A stretch of DNA of 64,000 bases from the NCBI RefSeq assembly GCF_963921235.1, contig NC_086109.1, positions 21,454,001-21,518,000 of the forward strand, given 5' to 3'. The translations under genes were made by a program, and so were the position numbers. The notes beneath the pieces are model-generated. The model made no database searches. It was not told the origin of the DNA and saw nothing but the letters and a program-made list of their open reading frames with translations. This stretch comes from Mobula hypostoma (taxonomy: Eukaryota). Below are positions 60,651 through 64,000 of this stretch, piece by piece (positions within the stretch are counted from its first letter, which is position 1; each line of letters begins with the position of its first letter).

Positions 60651-62639
60651 ATACTATGACAACACAGACAAATCAGACACTGGGCATCCTATGGTAAGTG
60701 ACTCACTGTATAATGCCCAAGGTCTCTTCTTGATCTATAAGGCACAAGTCAGGCCCACAATGGAATACTTTTCACTTGTCCTGGTGTGTTCTGTACCAAT
60801 ATCTCTTGAGAAGTTCAAGACCATCCAGGTCAAGGTAATTAACTGGTATCTTTTCCAACATCCTAAACATTCATTCGTTCCACCTCTGGCACTCAAGAAG
60901 GAAGCAGTCCTTTTCCACTCAGGAAGGTTGCCCAAGAAGAAAAAATAATTTAAGGGAGACCCTTAGACTAAGGTTTCCCTCTTAGAAGGTAGAGAGGTAG
61001 TTGGAGATCCCAGTTGAAGTACAGGCTTTGAATCAATGTTTCACACCAAGTGTCTTCTTGATTATTCTACTTTGCATGGTTCCAGGAGAATTGCTGGCAT
61101 GCCAATGTACTCACTGATTGGGAACCTGCCACATGTCAACCTACAAGTTTGTGCCTAAACATTGGTTGCCATTTTGGAGCTGTGATGTTGGTAGAACCAT
61201 CTGAAACAAAAGCACAATGAAAAACAAAATCTGTTGCCAGCTGAGTTTAAGAAATGTTACTTTATTCTTTTGTTTGAAAGAGCACATGAAAGATGCCAAA
61301 TTACATGGAGAATTCTCTCCAAATCAGTGAAACATCTAGGCGCAAGTTATTTTGGCTTCTAGTGTATTTTCAGCCAATAGAATCTAATATGACATCACTC
61401 CAGAGACACTAAAAAAGCTTTATATTTATTCAAAGGTAACGTGCTGAAGGAGTTACAATCGTTTTCCTTCCCTGCTCGCTCTGGTTAAAAATACCTTTGA
61501 CATCTTTATGGGGACAGCAGGGGACTAGTCAGCTGTTTGAGCTTGATCTGTCATCTAGCCTACATCTTTTCCTATCATGATATACTCTATAATTTTTATA
61601 CCCTTTGCCAAGTTAGAATATATAAATTGTATTTTTCAGATTTTCAACTGCACTTCAACTTCAACAGCTATCAGGGGATTGTCATTCCATATTTCCTTTA
61701 TAATGAAAAAGTGTGTCCTAGTAATACTACCTGTAAGTCTGGGAGTCCAAGCCATAGACTGGAGGTTGGAACCCTAATCTCTGCAAGACAAGGACTAGAG
61801 GCCAGGGGGCAGCTGGACCTGAGGTTGGAGGCCTGTGTGCAGGAGGAGGGGTGGGAGGATGAGAAAGGGGCTTGTTTTGTTCTGCTGTTGTTATTGTTGT
61901 TACCCGTGTTGTTGTGCTGGACATTGTGGGCATGCTATGCAGGCACCAGAATGTATAGCAACAATTCCAGGCTGCCCCAGCACATCCTTGTATCTGTTGG
62001 TAATTAACGCAAGCGACGCATTTAACTTTATGTTTCAATGTAAATAAATCTGGATCTGAATTTGAATCTAAATCTAAGTATTCTAGATTCCCTATTCCCA
62101 TCCCAACCAATTCCCAACTCAACCAGGGCAAATTGTTTTTCTCAGTACTCCTTGGGATATCCTACTGCGTTAAAGATGACACATTAAAGAAAATGTTATT
62201 ATAAGATGCCTAGTTCACTGGACACCATAGTCAGACTGGACGAGATGAGCCAAATGGCTGGCTTCCATGCTGTAACACACTATGCCTTGAAGAGTATTTA
62301 CATGGATAGAGTTTATTTTTTTATTCCAGTGTAGACAAATGATGGACTTCTTCCTTTGGCAATTGTTTTGCTTGCTTTGTCCATGCAACTGGCCTCTAAC
62401 TCTGCTATCGGTTGTGGAACAAGCCTTCTAGATTTGAGAAGTGGATTACAGATGTGATACTAGACTAGTAAACAGATTCCAGAGCAAGATCCAGTTAGGA
62501 TTTGTTTAGCATTTCCACAAACAAATAGGAAGATCTTTCTCATCTCTGATGAAAATAGAGCAGACAGGTCACCAAAGACCCTTGGCTGGAACCCATAAAT
62601 GAGCCAGGAGCCAGGGCAACCTAAAAATCCACTGGAAAC

Positions 62640-63520
62640 CGAAAGCGAAATAGCTACAGATGCTAGAATTCTGAAATAAAAACAGAAGGTGCTGGAAATA
62701 ATCAACAGTTTGGACTGTATTCATGGGAAGAGAAACAGAGTAGCATTTCAGGTCAAAGACAATGCTACACACAGCCTTTCACTTCTTTCCTTCCCACCGT
62801 CCAGGGATCCAAACAAACCTTGCAGCGAAACGGAGTAATTGGCACTTCTTCAAATCTACTGCATTGTATCGGATGTTCATAATGTGGTGTCCTCTGCCCA
62901 ACGCAGATTGGCTGATTGCTTTGCAGAACATTTGTGTTCATTCTGCAAGGGTGACCCTGACCTTCCTGTAGCTTGCCGCTTTAATTTCCCATCCCATTCC
63001 CACACTTGTCCCTGTCCATCTGTGGCCTCATGTACAGTTACAATTAGGCCCAATGAAAGCATAAGGAACAGTACTTCTTCTTCCTTCTGGGCATGTTACA
63101 ACCTGCTGGACTCAAAACTGAACTCCACAGTTTCTGGGATCTTAACTCCTGTGTGTATCAGTTGTCCATCATAGTTTGGTTTTGTTTTTGCCATTTTTTT
63201 CATCTCGGAGTGGAAAACATGATGAGCCTGACCAGATGGTCATATCTTCTTGGTCTTCATACATCGTTTTATCTGCGTCCTCACTCTCTAACTGCTCCTG
63301 TTCACTCAGTGACCAGGTAAGCTTATCCCATGTTCACCCAGTCTTACCATTATCAGAGACGTTGCAGCCCCACCCCCCACATGCACACTCCCTGCATCTT
63401 AAAGAAGCTTCTATTGTCTCCCTTCCTCTTCTGACAAAGGATCTCCTACTTGAAATGTCACTCTATTTCACCTCCCATAGATGTGGCCTGACTTGATGAG
63501 TATTTCCATCACTTCCTCTT
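62640..63520 (+). mobile_element. Old Penelope element (GIY-YIG remnant between opposing pLTR pieces)
   Basis: ORF 62839 RRLADCFAEHLCS..KGDPDLPVACRFN.PSHSH; pLTR remnants at 62640-62760(-) and 63420-63520(+). Confidence 0.7.
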
Positions 63521-63619
63521 TTCATAAGTCCAGCCACTTTGGAAAGGTTTACCATTTGCACGCTGAGATCTTCAAATCATAGTTATAAAGCAATACAGCA
63601 CAGAAAAAGTCCCTCAGCC

Positions 63620-64000
63620 AAGACCCGTGTGGATGATTATGTGCCTTCGAGAACATACCAGACATACCCAAACCAAAAGCCGTGGATGAACCAAGGAGGG
63701 TGGTCGCTGAGGGCTAGCTCTCTGACGTTCAAGACAGGCGATTCAGAACTATACCAGAAGTCCAGGTACAAGCTATAAAAGGCTATTTCAAGAGCAAAAA
63801 AAAAAGAGATGGAATCTGTTGCATGTCATTCTGGCAGGGTTTGCAGGCCATTGCTTCCTAGCATCATGAATGCTATGATGCCTCACTCCCAGATGAGCTC
63901 AATGCTTTTTAAGCATGCTTTAAAAGGGAGCATAAAACTACACCTGTGTGAATCTCTGCAGCATCTGATGAACCTGTGACCTCTCTCTACAGGTGTACTG
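63620..64000 (+). mobile_element. Rex1-like ORF fragment
   Basis: VDDYVPSRT...YPNQKPWMN...FKTGDSELYQKSRYKL, homologous to 51125-51390(-). Confidence 0.75.

Noticed and set aside
1..64000. Host protein-coding gene, operon or CRISPR array
   Set aside because: Every recognisable peptide is transposon-derived; the other ORFs are short, antisense to repeats or low complexity. No repeat-spacer array is present.

Overview
This is repeat-dense vertebrate genomic DNA, most likely from a cartilaginous fish (ray or shark). That assignment is inferred from the repeat content: V-domain/HE1-like SINEs, CR1/HER1-like LINEs, Rex1/Babar, Penelope pLTRs and fish-type L1. I could not support any host protein-coding exon, and there are no prokaryotic features. 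The window holds two young CR1 ORF2 copies, one near full-length CR1 with an esterase ORF1, many Rex1-like fragments, an L1 3' end, Tc1- and hAT-type MITEs, RTE-related short elements, old Gypsy relics, and a two-LTR non-autonomous Gypsy with a PNMA-like gag and a tRNA-Pro primer site. The most interesting signal is a set of Penelope-like (PLE) insertions carrying minimal hammerhead ribozymes (AGUC-CUGANGA-stem II-GAAAC-GUC^GACU). Four independent insertions share one inverted architecture with 12-14 bp target-site duplications. Two of them are only ~220 bp, non-coding fold-back hairpins whose inversion point lies inside the ribozyme. Coordinates were read by eye; boundaries of old fragments are approximate and family names are not database-verified.
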